Shown one piece after another: positions 1 to 9,635 of a DNA stretch of 64,000 bases; position 1 is the first letter of the stretch; each line of letters begins with the position of its first letter. Both the position numbers and the translations under genes were made by a program. A model generated the notes under the pieces. It ran no database searches. It had not been told where the DNA came from and saw only the letters and a list, made by a program, of their open reading frames with translations. This DNA is from Bacteroidia bacterium (GTDB lineage: Bacteria; Bacteroidota; Bacteroidia; M30B66), in assembly GCA_965279035.1 (NCBI GenBank), contig OZ257142.1, positions 32,001-96,000 on the forward strand, read 5' to 3'.

Positions 1-2
1 GT

Positions 3-1388
3 TTAGAACGCAAATCATTAGGTACATTTAATTCCCTCATCATTCGTGGTGCTGTGGATGTTTATGTAAATCAATCGAATGAACCTGGAATTAGTGCTTC
101 AACCGAAGATTTTGGTTCGTTAAACTATGAGGTAAAAAATGGTGCGCTCGAAATTAATGGAGGCGCTCAAGGTCATGTTTATGTGCATGTGCCTTCCTTA
201 TCGGCCATTGAGATTTATGGCAATTCGGATGTATATTCATCTGATACATTAAAAGGAACCGATTTGTTGGTTATAAATTCCGGTTCGGGAGATGCAACGT
301 TGCTGTTGAATTACACCAATGTCGATACGCGCATTAATGGTTCTGCCGATGTAAAACTTTCGGGGAATGCAGAAAACTTAAAAGCCGATGTTACAGGAGC
401 CGGCGATTTACATGCTTACAAGCTATTAGTGAACAATGCAACAATTACTTTGTCGGGAGCTGGAGATGCACAAGTAAACGCTCGAACTTCAATTAAAGGA
501 AAGGTAAGCGGAGCTGGAACACTTTACCATCAAGGAGAACCATCGATAATGGAAGTAGAAGTGACAGGTGCGGGAGAAATAAAAAAATCAAATGCGTTGG
601 TTAATGGTGATACAACACGAATTAAGTTTGGGAATAAGCAGATTATTATTTTAGATGAAGATGGGAAATCGAAAGTGGAGATTGGTGATGATGTGATTGT
701 TGATGGAGAGATTCAAGGGAAAGACAATGAAAAACCTAAGAAAAAAGATCAACCACAAAGTATATGGTCGGGTTTTGAAATGGGTATTAATGGGTACATG
801 AATCCGAACAATAGCTTTAATATGGATAGTGTAAATAGTGGGTATTCCTTAAACTATAACAAATCCATTGCAGTTAATTTTAACTTCTGGGAAGTACATG
901 GACGAATTTTGAAAAACAATATTTACTTCACTACTGGACTTGGCTCTGAGATTAATAATTATCGTTTTGATAAGCATACTCGTCTACTTTCTGATACAAC
1001 TCCAACCATTGCAGTTGTTGAATCAAATAAAGACTATGATAAAAGTAAATTGGTAACTGGTTATTTAAATGCACCACTTTATTTAACGTTTGCTACCAAT
1101 GAATTTAAAAATGGAAAACGATTGAGCATCTCTCCTGGTATCACTGCTGGATGGAAATTCACTTCGTATAACAAGCGCGTTGTAAACGAAAACGGAGATC
1201 GTGAAAAAAGTCATAATCATGATGATTTCAACTTAAATCCATTTCGAGTGAATGCTTCTTTACGTGTGGGTTATGGCTCGTTTATTTTGTATGCGAATTA
1301 TGCATTAACCTCTTTATTTCAGAAAAATGAAGGTCCTAATCTAACTGCTTTTTCTGCTGGAATTCGAGTGGTTGGTTTTGGTAAATAA
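3..1388 (+). CDS. DUF2807 (GIN/head-domain beta-helix) plus C-terminal outer-membrane beta-barrel protein, 5'-truncated by the window edge
   Basis: Frame is open from position 3. Has repeated SGSGDA/TGAGDL/SGAGDA/SGAGTL turns typical of DUF2807, and an amphipathic beta-strand C-terminal half. Confidence 0.75.
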   Translation, partial: LERKSLGTFNSLIIRGAVDVYVNQSNEPGISASTEDFGSLNYEVKNGALEINGGAQGHVYVHVPSLSAIEIYGNSDVYSSDTLKGTDLLVINSGSGDATLLLNYTNVDTRINGSADVKLSGNAENLKADVTGAGDLHAYKLLVNNATITLSGAGDAQVNARTSIKGKVSGAGTLYHQGEPSIMEVEVTGAGEIKKSNALVNGDTTRIKFGNKQIIILDEDGKSKVEIGDDVIVDGEIQGKDNEKPKKKDQPQSIWSGFEMGINGYMNPNNSFNMDSVNSGYSLNYNKSIAVNFNFWEVHGRILKNNIYFTTGLGSEINNYRFDKHTRLLSDTTPTIAVVESNKDYDKSKLVTGYLNAPLYLTFATNEFKNGKRLSISPGITAGWKFTSYNKRVVNENGDREKSHNHDDFNLNPFRVNASLRVGYGSFILYANYALTSLFQKNEGPNLTAFSAGIRVVGFGK

Positions 1389-1419
1389 GTTCACCTGATT
1401 CTCAGAAAGGTGTTTGTGT

Positions 1420-1451
1420 AAGCCCGTTGTCCATTGGATGACGGGCTTTTT
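1420..1451 (+). terminator. Rho-independent terminator
   Basis: AAGCCCGTTGTCCA-T-TGGATGACGGGCTT stem followed by a T run, after the stop at 1388. Confidence 0.8.
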
Positions 1452-1565
1452 ATTTAATCATTTTAGTATCGCTTAAACTTAATTAGGTTAATGACTTCTA
1501 CGAGATCATTAGAATTGATTACCAATTCAACCCTTGTATAAAACAAAGCACTAATTTCGCCAGCT

Positions 1566-1937
1566 ATGCTGAAGATACTTTCTGTGTTTTTTGCTTTTAT
1601 AATTCTAACACCGTCATTATTAAAAATGGCTGTAGTGACGAATTATGTAGTGCAATATGAGCGTTATGCTACTGAGTTGTGCGAAAATCAAGACAAACCG
1701 GAATTAGCTTGTAACGGGAAATGTCAAATGATGAAAGAGCTGAACGAAGCTGAACAAAACGCTCCAGTTGCTCCATCATTACCCGAATTTAAGGTCAAAG
1801 AACAACCTGTTTGTGAATTGAATTCAGCAGCACTTATTTCGTTTTCTGTTGAATTGAAGCAAGAACAACCGCTTTCAAATTTTAAAGGATTACCCGAAGG
1901 TATATTCGGAAATGTGTTTCATCCTCCTTGCTGCTAA
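1566..1937 (+). CDS. Small Cys-rich exported or membrane protein ending in FHPP (DUF2946/CruR-like leader type)
   Basis: N-terminal hydrophobic segment, CENQDKPELACNGKC motif and C-terminal VFHPPCC. A TAATTTCG -7-like box lies just upstream, and the gene precedes mbnP. Confidence 0.6.
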   Translation: MLKILSVFFAFIILTPSLLKMAVVTNYVVQYERYATELCENQDKPELACNGKCQMMKELNEAEQNAPVAPSLPEFKVKEQPVCELNSAALISFSVELKQEQPLSNFKGLPEGIFGNVFHPPCC

Positions 1938-1995
1938 TAGCAATTGAGTTGATTTCTTTTTAAACACATTTTCTAATCTGCAGCTCAATCTAGGA

Positions 1996-2808
1996 ATGGA
2001 TTGGCTGTCACATTTTATACCTATGAAACGTTCATTGAACTATTTCCTTTTTTTCCTTTCTATAACATCCATTTCACTTTCATCCTGTAAAAAAGATGAA
2101 GAAACACAAACGCCTACTCCTACGCCCTCTCCAACTGGTATGTTTAAAGTTGAATTTGAACATGGCTTTGATGGTGCCGAATTCAGTTTTGATACATCCT
2201 ACACCGATGCATCGGGTGATACATTAATCTTTACCAAATTCGATTATTATATTTCCAATGTTAAGTTGACTAAAACCGATGGTACAATTTGGTCTCAGCC
2301 GGATAGTTATTTTTTAATTAAAAGCAATGATGACTTAAGTCGTTTGATTTCTATTTCAAGTGTTCCTGCGGGAGGTTATACCGGAATAACATTTACTGTT
2401 GGAGTAGATTCAACGCATAATGTGAGTGGCGCACAAACAGGTGCATTAAATCCTGCAAATGATATGTTCTGGGCTTGGAATACTGGATATATTTTTATCA
2501 AAGCAGAAGGAACAAGCTCTGCATCAACTATGGGTGGTGTTTTTGAATACCATATTGGTGGCTACCAAACTGCAAATAATACCAATTGTATTCGTACAGT
2601 AAATCTCTCTTTTGGTGGAGGAACTTTAACAATTGCTCCGAATACAGCTCCCCAAATTCATTTATCAATAGATCTTTCCAAGTTGTTTAATGGAACAAAT
2701 AATTTAAGTGTTGCATCGATGCCGATGATTCATATGCCGGGAGCTGATGCTGTTGCTGCTGCTGATCGTTTTAAGGAAGCATTCGAATTTGAACATCTTC
2801 ACGAATAA
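1996..2808 (+). CDS. MbnP-family copper-binding lipoprotein (true start probably ATG 2023)
   Basis: Lipobox-like LSSC, YYISNVKL, GVDS, DMFWAWNTGYIF (WxW motif) and FEYHIGGY. Confidence 0.75.
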   Translation: MDWLSHFIPMKRSLNYFLFFLSITSISLSSCKKDEETQTPTPTPSPTGMFKVEFEHGFDGAEFSFDTSYTDASGDTLIFTKFDYYISNVKLTKTDGTIWSQPDSYFLIKSNDDLSRLISISSVPAGGYTGITFTVGVDSTHNVSGAQTGALNPANDMFWAWNTGYIFIKAEGTSSASTMGGVFEYHIGGYQTANNTNCIRTVNLSFGGGTLTIAPNTAPQIHLSIDLSKLFNGTNNLSVASMPMIHMPGADAVAAADRFKEAFEFEHLHE

Positions 2809-2814
2809 AAAAAT

Positions 2815-2852
2815 TTCTGGAGCTGTTTGATGGAAATTAAATAGCTCCGGAA
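2815..2852 (+). terminator. Intergenic stem-loop (terminator or mRNA stability hairpin)
   Basis: TTCTGGAGCTGTTT ... AAATAGCTCCGGAA inverted repeat. Confidence 0.5.
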
Positions 2853-2867
2853 TCTATACTAGAAGAT

Positions 2868-3794
2868 ATGAGAACCTCTTTTTTTCGATTCGTATGTGCT
2901 GGTTTATTTCTCCTCCTTCAACATAACGTTCGCGCATGTGATGTTTGTGGATGTTCGGCAAGTGGACTATCTGGTGGGATGTTTCCTCAAATACAAAACA
3001 ACCTCTTTGGAATTCGTTATACACCTCAGCATTTTATGCATCCTGCTACAATCGACAATATGAATGGATTGAGTTTGGTGAAAGAAGATCGGTATTATGA
3101 TCAAGAGCTGTTTTTCCGTTGGTATGCTCATAAACGTTTACAGCTTTGGTTTAACGTTCCATTTCGTTTTCACGAACGAATTGAAACGCTTAGAACTACG
3201 CAGATTAAGGGATTGGGAGATGTTTCGGTAAGCGCATTGTACACAGTCATCAACACCAATCAAGATTCTATTCAACGAAATTGGAAACATTTCTGGGTTG
3301 CTGGTGCTGGGTTTTCTTTACCAACAGGAAAGTACCGTCAGCGCGATGAAACATTAAGCACTTTGCCTGCTGGTTTTCAATTGGGAACTGGCTCGTATTC
3401 TACCGTGTTTAACACTGTTTATTTGATTCGTAGAAAACAAGTTGGAATGCAGTTTCAAGCTGATTATAGGATGTACAGTTTGAATGAATCGCAGTTTAAA
3501 AAAGGTGATCAATACAGCTTTCAAAGTCAATTGTTTTATCGTATTCCAATCAAGCATTCCATGTTATTGCCACAAGCTGGAATTCGTTACGAACACTTGA
3601 ATCAAGATTTTGAATTTAACGCATTGCGTCCTCAATCGGGAAGTACTTCTACTTGGACAACTGTTGGTTTAGATTATTATGCAAAGCACTACATGCTGGG
3701 TTGCTCGGTACAAACACCCATTCAACAAACTCTGACATCGGCGCAGCCAACACCGGGAATGCGTTTGAATTTTATGTTCGGATTCATTTGGTGA
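2868..3794 (+). CDS. Outer-membrane beta-barrel transporter with N-terminal CDVCGC metal-binding motif
   Basis: Signal peptide followed by CDVCGC, then GLGDVS, LPTGK and FQLGTGS motifs, and a terminal aromatic residue. Confidence 0.7.
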   Translation: MRTSFFRFVCAGLFLLLQHNVRACDVCGCSASGLSGGMFPQIQNNLFGIRYTPQHFMHPATIDNMNGLSLVKEDRYYDQELFFRWYAHKRLQLWFNVPFRFHERIETLRTTQIKGLGDVSVSALYTVINTNQDSIQRNWKHFWVAGAGFSLPTGKYRQRDETLSTLPAGFQLGTGSYSTVFNTVYLIRRKQVGMQFQADYRMYSLNESQFKKGDQYSFQSQLFYRIPIKHSMLLPQAGIRYEHLNQDFEFNALRPQSGSTSTWTTVGLDYYAKHYMLGCSVQTPIQQTLTSAQPTPGMRLNFMFGFIW

Positions 3795-3813
3795 AACTGT
3801 ACATTCGCTAAAC

Positions 3814-4698
3814 ATGAAACCGGTGTGGAAAGCGCATCTAGCTGTATTGCTAGCGAATGTGATTTATGGTGCTAATTATTCGGTCGCCAAAGAGGTGATG
3901 CCGCGATTTTTTGCCCCATTTGGAATCATTCTTTTACGTGTAACAGGAGCGATTATTTTATTTGCTTTGCTCTTTTTAAGAAAGACAGAACGCATTCGGA
4001 AAGAAGACCGGATGCGTTTTCTTTTATGTGGTTTGACTGGCGTTGCTTGCAATCAATTGTTGTTTTTCAAAGGGCTCAGTTTGACTACACCCATTGAAGC
4101 AGCAATCATTCTTACAGCCAACCCAATTTTAGTTTTAATTGCTGCTGCTCTAATTGCCCGTGAACGCATTACCTCATGGAAGGCATTAGGAATTTTATTA
4201 GGCTTATGCGGAGCATTGATACTTATACTTCAACGACCACAGGCTTCCAATGAAGGAGATAATTTCCTAGGCAATTTGATGATCTTAATGAATGCAGCTT
4301 TTTATGCTGTGTACTTGGTCATTGTTCGTCCATTGATGCAACGCTATCGCGCGAGTACGGTGATGTTATTTGTTTTTCTCTGCGGATGGATTCCCATTTT
4401 ACCCATAGGAATGAGCGAAGTGATGGCTGTTGATTGGCCCCATGTTCCGATGTGGGCTTTTGGTTCCTTAGCATTTATTGTAGTAGGAGCAACGTTTCTA
4501 GCCTACATTCTCAATGCATACGCTCTAGCCACTGTGAGCGCATCGGTGGTGAGCATTTATATTTATATGCAGCCTTTTTTAGCTGCTCTCATCGCTATAG
4601 CTTGGGGAAAGGACCAATTGGATGTTTCGAAAATTATTTCTGCAGCCTTTGTTTTTACTGGAGTTTGGTTGACGAGTCGGCCGCAAAGGGTAAATTAG
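3814..4698 (+). CDS. DMT/EamA family transporter
   Basis: About 10 hydrophobic helices arranged in two EamA repeats. Confidence 0.9.
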   Translation: MKPVWKAHLAVLLANVIYGANYSVAKEVMPRFFAPFGIILLRVTGAIILFALLFLRKTERIRKEDRMRFLLCGLTGVACNQLLFFKGLSLTTPIEAAIILTANPILVLIAAALIARERITSWKALGILLGLCGALILILQRPQASNEGDNFLGNLMILMNAAFYAVYLVIVRPLMQRYRASTVMLFVFLCGWIPILPIGMSEVMAVDWPHVPMWAFGSLAFIVVGATFLAYILNAYALATVSASVVSIYIYMQPFLAALIAIAWGKDQLDVSKIISAAFVFTGVWLTSRPQRVN

Positions 4699-4710
4699 AG
4701 ACCAAAGTCA

Positions 4711-4809
4711 ATGTGTTCACAAAATAGCTAATAAATGAACACATGCGTAATTTTGTCCATTTTTGAATGTACTTTTGACACAAGTTCATTTTTAGCTTAT
4801 TTATTGGAC
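4711..4809. promoter_or_regulatory. Candidate operator array upstream of fic
   Basis: ATGTGTTCA-N16-TGAACACAT perfect inverted repeat (4711-4744), plus two degenerate GT(T/C)CA-N16-TG sites. Confidence 0.45.
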
Positions 4810-4811
4810 AT

Positions 4812-5933
4812 ATGACAAAAGTCAAATTTGATCGGGCAATTCCATATAATGATCTTCAAGACTTACCTCCATCAGACTCAATTTTTGATACTGAGGTTTT
4901 ACTAAAATGGGGAATTACATCGCGTGTATTGGCTGAACTCAATAGGAATTGCTTGCGAATACCTGAACCGAATATGTTAATTAATACAATTTCACTCCAA
5001 GAAGCTCAATCCTCTAGCGCAATTGAAAATATTTTTACAACGGATGATGAATTATTCAAAGCAATATCTGATACGGTTCGAGAATCGAATTCAACACATG
5101 CAACAAAAGAAGTACTAAGATATCGAGAAGCAATGTGGGCTGGATATTTATCTATTAAAGAAAACGGGAAAATTAATTTGAAAACTACGATCGATGTTTT
5201 TCGACAAATTCAAAAATCTAAACAAGGAATTCGCTCAGCACAATCTCAAATCGTAATTAAAAGAGGACAGAGTGAATTAAAACCTGGCGAAATAATATAT
5301 ACACCACCAAGAGGAGAAGGCATTATTGAACAAAAAATGAAGAATCTATTTACCTATTTAAATGATCATAAAAACTATACTCATGATCCACTTTTAAAGA
5401 TGATAATAGGTCATTATCAATTTGAGGCAATACATCCTTTTGTAGATGGGAATGGAAGAACAGGCCGAATTTTAAATCAATTGTATTTAATAAATGAAGG
5501 ACTATTATCGCACCCTGTCTTGTTTTTAAGTAAATATATTTTAGAGAATAAAGATGAATATTATGCTAAGCTTGCGGCTGTTACAATGCGAGGTTCTTGG
5601 AAGCCTTGGATAATGTATATGCTTGATGCAATTCATAAAACTGCCATAATCACAAACCAACGTATTGATGATATATTAAATCAAATGGATGCCACTTATT
5701 TGCATGCAAAAGGCAAAATAAAATGGTATAATTTGGAAATCCATTTCATGATCTTTTCTCAACCCTATATAAAACCCAAACGATTGGGAAGCTTATTAAA
5801 AATTAATAGCCGAACTACTTTAACTAAATATATGAATCAATTAGTTGATGCGGGAATTTTGAGTCCACAATATGATTCAAAAGAAGTGTTCTTTATAAAC
5901 AACGACCTAATTAGAATTCTTCAATCTAAATAA
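4812..5933 (+). CDS. Fic-family protein adenylyltransferase (class II, N-terminal inhibitory helix, C-terminal HTH-like region)
   Basis: Canonical HPFVDGNGRTGR motif; SSAIEN matches the (S/T)xxxE(G/N) inhibitory motif. Confidence 0.9.
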   Translation: MTKVKFDRAIPYNDLQDLPPSDSIFDTEVLLKWGITSRVLAELNRNCLRIPEPNMLINTISLQEAQSSSAIENIFTTDDELFKAISDTVRESNSTHATKEVLRYREAMWAGYLSIKENGKINLKTTIDVFRQIQKSKQGIRSAQSQIVIKRGQSELKPGEIIYTPPRGEGIIEQKMKNLFTYLNDHKNYTHDPLLKMIIGHYQFEAIHPFVDGNGRTGRILNQLYLINEGLLSHPVLFLSKYILENKDEYYAKLAAVTMRGSWKPWIMYMLDAIHKTAIITNQRIDDILNQMDATYLHAKGKIKWYNLEIHFMIFSQPYIKPKRLGSLLKINSRTTLTKYMNQLVDAGILSPQYDSKEVFFINNDLIRILQSK

Positions 5934-5934
5934 A

Positions 5935-7257
5935 TCAACCTTTTCGTCTTGGCTTTCCGTATTTCTCGCGCATTTGTTGGTCACGTGTTTTCCGAACGTT
6001 GACTTTTTTATTTTTCTCTTTCTTTTCATGAAAAGCCGGTCCTGGTTCGTATTTGCTCTTCTTGACTTTAGAGCCTGGCATGTTGATGCGCGGTTGTTCG
6101 TCTAAAGTTAAAACGCTTGATAATTCTACTTCTTCAGGAATAGTTAAACGATCGATTTTCTTTTGCATGAATTCTTCGATGGAAGCAATCATTTCGGCAT
6201 CCTTTTCCATCACAAACGTAATGGCATCGCCTTGTGCATCAGCACGTCCGGTTCGACCAATACGGTGAATGTAATTTTCCATCACATCGGGCACATCGAA
6301 ATTGATTACATGCGAAACGCCAGTAATATCAATCCCTCGAGATAGAATGTCGGTAGCGATAAGGATGCGTTGTTTGCCTTCTGCAAAATTTTCAACTGCT
6401 CGGAAACGTGTGTTTTGTGCTTTGTTAGAGTGAATAATGCCTGCTTCGGTTGGAAATTCTTCCTCGAGGTGAATGAAGAGTTTGTCGGCTAATTTTCGGC
6501 TACCGGCAAATAATAACACCCGATCCATATTTTCTTGGCTGAGCAGGTGATTGAGCAGGTTGAGTTTGGTGTTGTAATTTGGAACTTCGATGATGCTTTG
6601 CTTGATGTTTTCGAGCGGACTACCATTGGGAGCTGCTTCAATGCGAACCGGTGCACGGAAGTAGGTGATAATAAGTGCATCGACATCATCAGAAAGTGTA
6701 GCCGAAAACATGAACGTTTGTCGTTTCGGAGGAAGTACATCGAAAATACGTTCGAGTTGAGGACGGAATCCGAGGCTGAGCATTTCATCTACTTCATCGA
6801 TAACCAAGCGTTTGATGGTTTTGGTTTTCAGTGTTCCATCGAGGGCTAAATCGAGCAATCTTCCGGGTGTGGCAACAAGTATATCAAGTCCTTTGTGGAT
6901 GGCGTCTTTTTGCGTTCGGATATTTGCACCACCATAAACACCTACAGCAATGATGTTCATATAGGTGCTGAGCTTATTGATTTCTTCGACAACCTGAACG
7001 ACCAATTCGCGCGTTGGAACGAGGATAAGCGTTTGAGGAAGTTTGTCTTTGGAGAATTTCCATAAACGCAGGCAAGGCAGTAGATACGCAATGGTTTTTC
7101 CTGTACCAGTTTGAGCCAACCCAACAACATCGTTACCCGCCATCATAGCAGAAAAGGCTCGTTCTTGAATGGGAGTTGGATGCTCAAAACCTAAATCGCA
7201 AAGGGCATTGAAGAGTGGTGTATTGAGGTTTAGATCGGAAAAACTGCTTTTACTCAT
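5935..7257 (-). CDS. DEAD-box ATP-dependent RNA helicase
   Basis: Motifs PTPIQ, AQTGTGKT, PTRELV, DEVD, SAT and HRIGRTGRA. Start moved to ATG 7257 because a TACCTTTG box lies at 7275-7282. Confidence 0.92.
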   Translation of the reverse strand: MSKSSFSDLNLNTPLFNALCDLGFEHPTPIQERAFSAMMAGNDVVGLAQTGTGKTIAYLLPCLRLWKFSKDKLPQTLILVPTRELVVQVVEEINKLSTYMNIIAVGVYGGANIRTQKDAIHKGLDILVATPGRLLDLALDGTLKTKTIKRLVIDEVDEMLSLGFRPQLERIFDVLPPKRQTFMFSATLSDDVDALIITYFRAPVRIEAAPNGSPLENIKQSIIEVPNYNTKLNLLNHLLSQENMDRVLLFAGSRKLADKLFIHLEEEFPTEAGIIHSNKAQNTRFRAVENFAEGKQRILIATDILSRGIDITGVSHVINFDVPDVMENYIHRIGRTGRADAQGDAITFVMEKDAEMIASIEEFMQKKIDRLTIPEEVELSSVLTLDEQPRINMPGSKVKKSKYEPGPAFHEKKEKNKKVNVRKTRDQQMREKYGKPRRKG

Positions 7258-7274
7258 GGTATTTGCTGGGATGG

Positions 7275-7282
7275 CAAAGGTA
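7275..7282 (-). promoter_or_regulatory. Bacteroidota sigma-A -7 element (TAnnTTTG)
   Basis: TACCTTTG on the minus strand, ~17 nt before the helicase ATG. Confidence 0.6.
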
Positions 7283-7607
7283 GTGTAGTTCGACCTCAGC
7301 CCCGACTTTTTCATTGAGATAGAAGAGATTTGAATTAGTGATATAGCTTAAAAGCACTGCCCTAGCTATTCGCTGGTAGTGTCTAAAAAAAGTGTGTATT
7401 GGATTCTCAACTTTAGAGGAGTAAAAATGGTTAATTTATTAATCCGTCCAATCAAAGTTTTTTATATCAGCATTTAGTTTTGGTATTTTACGATCGAAAG
7501 CTTTTCTTGATAAAGCGCTTGTTCAAAAAGGCTTTCCCAAACCTACACCAAGGCTATGGTATATTTGACAAGCTATATACATAGTTGAATCTTAAGCACT
7601 TTTATAA

Positions 7608-7680
7608 GCCTTCGCGGATGCTTCGGCTTGGGTCACGCTTTCGTGTAGCGGGAGCTATTCTCAATTGCTAGCCCCTTCGG
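7608..7680 (-). repeat. GC-rich structured intergenic repeat (related copies at 29656-29746 and 44336-44403)
   Basis: Minus strand reads GAAGGGG..TTGAGAATAGCTCCCGCTACACGAA..GCCGAA..CGAAGGC, resembling GAAGGGG..TTGAGGCGGATAGCCCGCACGAA..GCCGAA..CGAAGGC at 29656. Confidence 0.45.
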
Positions 7681-7710
7681 AGTTTTGCTGGGCATTCTTA
7701 CAAATGCGAA

Positions 7711-9159
7711 TTATTCCACCTTTACCACTTTCTCCACCACAACCACCTCATCACCCTTTAAAATCCGGCAATAGTAAATCCCCGTTGCAAATCCGCTGAG
7801 AGATAAAGTATGTGTTCCCACTGCAGTAAATTGCTTCTGCTGCACCAAGCGCCCGGTTGCATCCAGAAGTTGAGCAGTGTACGCTGAGCCGGCAGTTTCT
7901 AAATCTATCCGCAGCCAGTCAGTTGCCGGATTGGGGTAAATGGTAACTGCATCGGGAAATGGCGCATCTTCGATTCCGACGCCACAGTTGGCAGGATCAA
8001 GACAGCCATCGGCATCCAATTTTACAACCCACGCGTTTTGTCCTCCACAACAAAAGTCATCATCGGCGGCGCCGCTTATTAACAAACCACCATCCTTGGT
8101 TTCAATAAAGTCGAGGAAGAAATCAGCCCAGTTTCCATGATCATACTCTTTCCTCCAAAGCAGATTGCCTAATGAATCTGATTTCATAATGAAACCAGCA
8201 TTGACGGTTGTATTGTTAATTCCAACTGAAACAATTCCTCCATCGGAAACTCTCCTCCCAATATAATTTGTGCTACTGTTCAACGACGGATAAGTTTTGT
8301 TATATAGAACATTTCCTTCCAAGTTCGTCATCACTACTTTTGGTCCTCCGACTTGATATTTATACCCAGAAAAGAGCAATTTATCGGTTCCAAACTGGCT
8401 CATACCTGCTTCAGTAATTTGAGGTATTTGCCATCCGTCTTGCCTTACCCCATTCTCATCAATACGAACTAGATATTCATGCAGTTCATTGATTGCAAAT
8501 GAACTGCCGGAGGTGCCGGAAATTAAATAATCTCCATTATCATAAACAATATTATTTGGAGAGTCCGCAATATCTTCATCAATCAATGCTTCAGCGAGCA
8601 GTTGTCCTTGACTATTTAGCCTTACGAAATAGCCATTCTGAGCCTCTGAATCAAAATATCCCCTAGAGGCCACTAACGCGATGTCCCCGCTTGGAGATTC
8701 AATTAAATCTTGGGGAGTATCGTAGTAAATAGAATCTCTGTGATAATAAGACCAGATTGTGTCCGCTAAATCAGGGCTTATTTTCAAAACAAAAATCTGA
8801 TTTCCTCCGGTTCCTCCCACTTTGCTTCGAGTATTAAATAACAGCAAATTTCCATCAACACTGCTAATCATTGAGCAAAAACCCGAAAAACGTCTAGACA
8901 AATCGTATTTAAAATTGTTCAACACGATGTTTCCTGAATCATCAAATGAATGCGCCCGCTGGAATCCGCCCTCTTCAACAAACAAACTGTATCCCGAACT
9001 TGCGATATAGTACTTACCGCTGTCAAGCTCAACAGCCCTAGATGCGCTGCCTGCTAAATTTGCCGTGTCGTTGTACGTTCTGGCAAATGTTGCGACCTGG
9101 CCTAAACTTGAAAGGCTAAGTATTAAATGAAAAAAAACAACAGCGAGAAAGTTTCTCAT
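7711..9159 (-). CDS. T9SS type-A secreted beta-propeller-like partner protein, cassette 4
   Basis: Signal peptide, repeated DGG/K(S/L)DxxGxLLW blade-like motifs, and CTD IYPNPA...GIYY...KVVKVE. Confidence 0.8.
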   Translation of the reverse strand: MRNFLAVVFFHLILSLSSLGQVATFARTYNDTANLAGSASRAVELDSGKYYIASSGYSLFVEEGGFQRAHSFDDSGNIVLNNFKYDLSRRFSGFCSMISSVDGNLLLFNTRSKVGGTGGNQIFVLKISPDLADTIWSYYHRDSIYYDTPQDLIESPSGDIALVASRGYFDSEAQNGYFVRLNSQGQLLAEALIDEDIADSPNNIVYDNGDYLISGTSGSSFAINELHEYLVRIDENGVRQDGWQIPQITEAGMSQFGTDKLLFSGYKYQVGGPKVVMTNLEGNVLYNKTYPSLNSSTNYIGRRVSDGGIVSVGINNTTVNAGFIMKSDSLGNLLWRKEYDHGNWADFFLDFIETKDGGLLISGAADDDFCCGGQNAWVVKLDADGCLDPANCGVGIEDAPFPDAVTIYPNPATDWLRIDLETAGSAYTAQLLDATGRLVQQKQFTAVGTHTLSLSGFATGIYYCRILKGDEVVVVEKVVKVE

Positions 9160-9635
9160 TATCTGGAAATGATTAGCCGCTGAACGCCCAACACTTCTTT
9201 ATTTTCAGCGTAAATCCGACAGAAGTAAATGCCTGCTGATAAATGGTCCAAGTGGAGATTCTCCGTGTGCTTGATTTCGCGTTTGACGAAGGATCCGCTA
9301 TGCAACGTGCGCCCGGTAATATCAATTATTTGAAAAGTGAGATTGCCAGCTTCAGCGGTACTAATGTTTAGAGTAAATATCCCTTTGTTGGGGTTGGGAT
9401 AAATGTCTACTTCAGTCTTTGCATCTTGTTTTCGTTGCGGTTTTACTTCTGCTCCTGCAAGCCTTGCCCCAGATGGTTCATCTATATAGGGATACCGATG
9501 GTAAATCGTATCGCCCCGAAGCTGCCGCGCGGCCATTGCGTAACTCTGAATACTGGACGGCACGCGGGATAAAAATTCGAGCTGTTGTTTCTGAACAGAA
9601 TCTATTTGCAGCCAGGTAAGGGAATCTTCTATCAT
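9159..9635 (-). CDS. Orphan C-terminal fragment of the giant T9SS protein (helical segment plus CTD, no signal peptide), cassette 4
   Basis: DSLTWLQID..PSSIQSYAMAARQLRGDT..YP..ARLA..IYPNPN aligns to the giant's DSLTWLTID..PSSVQQYALAVLQLRGDT..YP..ARLA..VYPNPN. TAATG overlap with the next gene. Confidence 0.75.
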   Translation of the reverse strand: MIEDSLTWLQIDSVQKQQLEFLSRVPSSIQSYAMAARQLRGDTIYHRYPYIDEPSGARLAGAEVKPQRKQDAKTEVDIYPNPNKGIFTLNISTAEAGNLTFQIIDITGRTLHSGSFVKREIKHTENLHLDHLSAGIYFCRIYAENKEVLGVQRLIISR

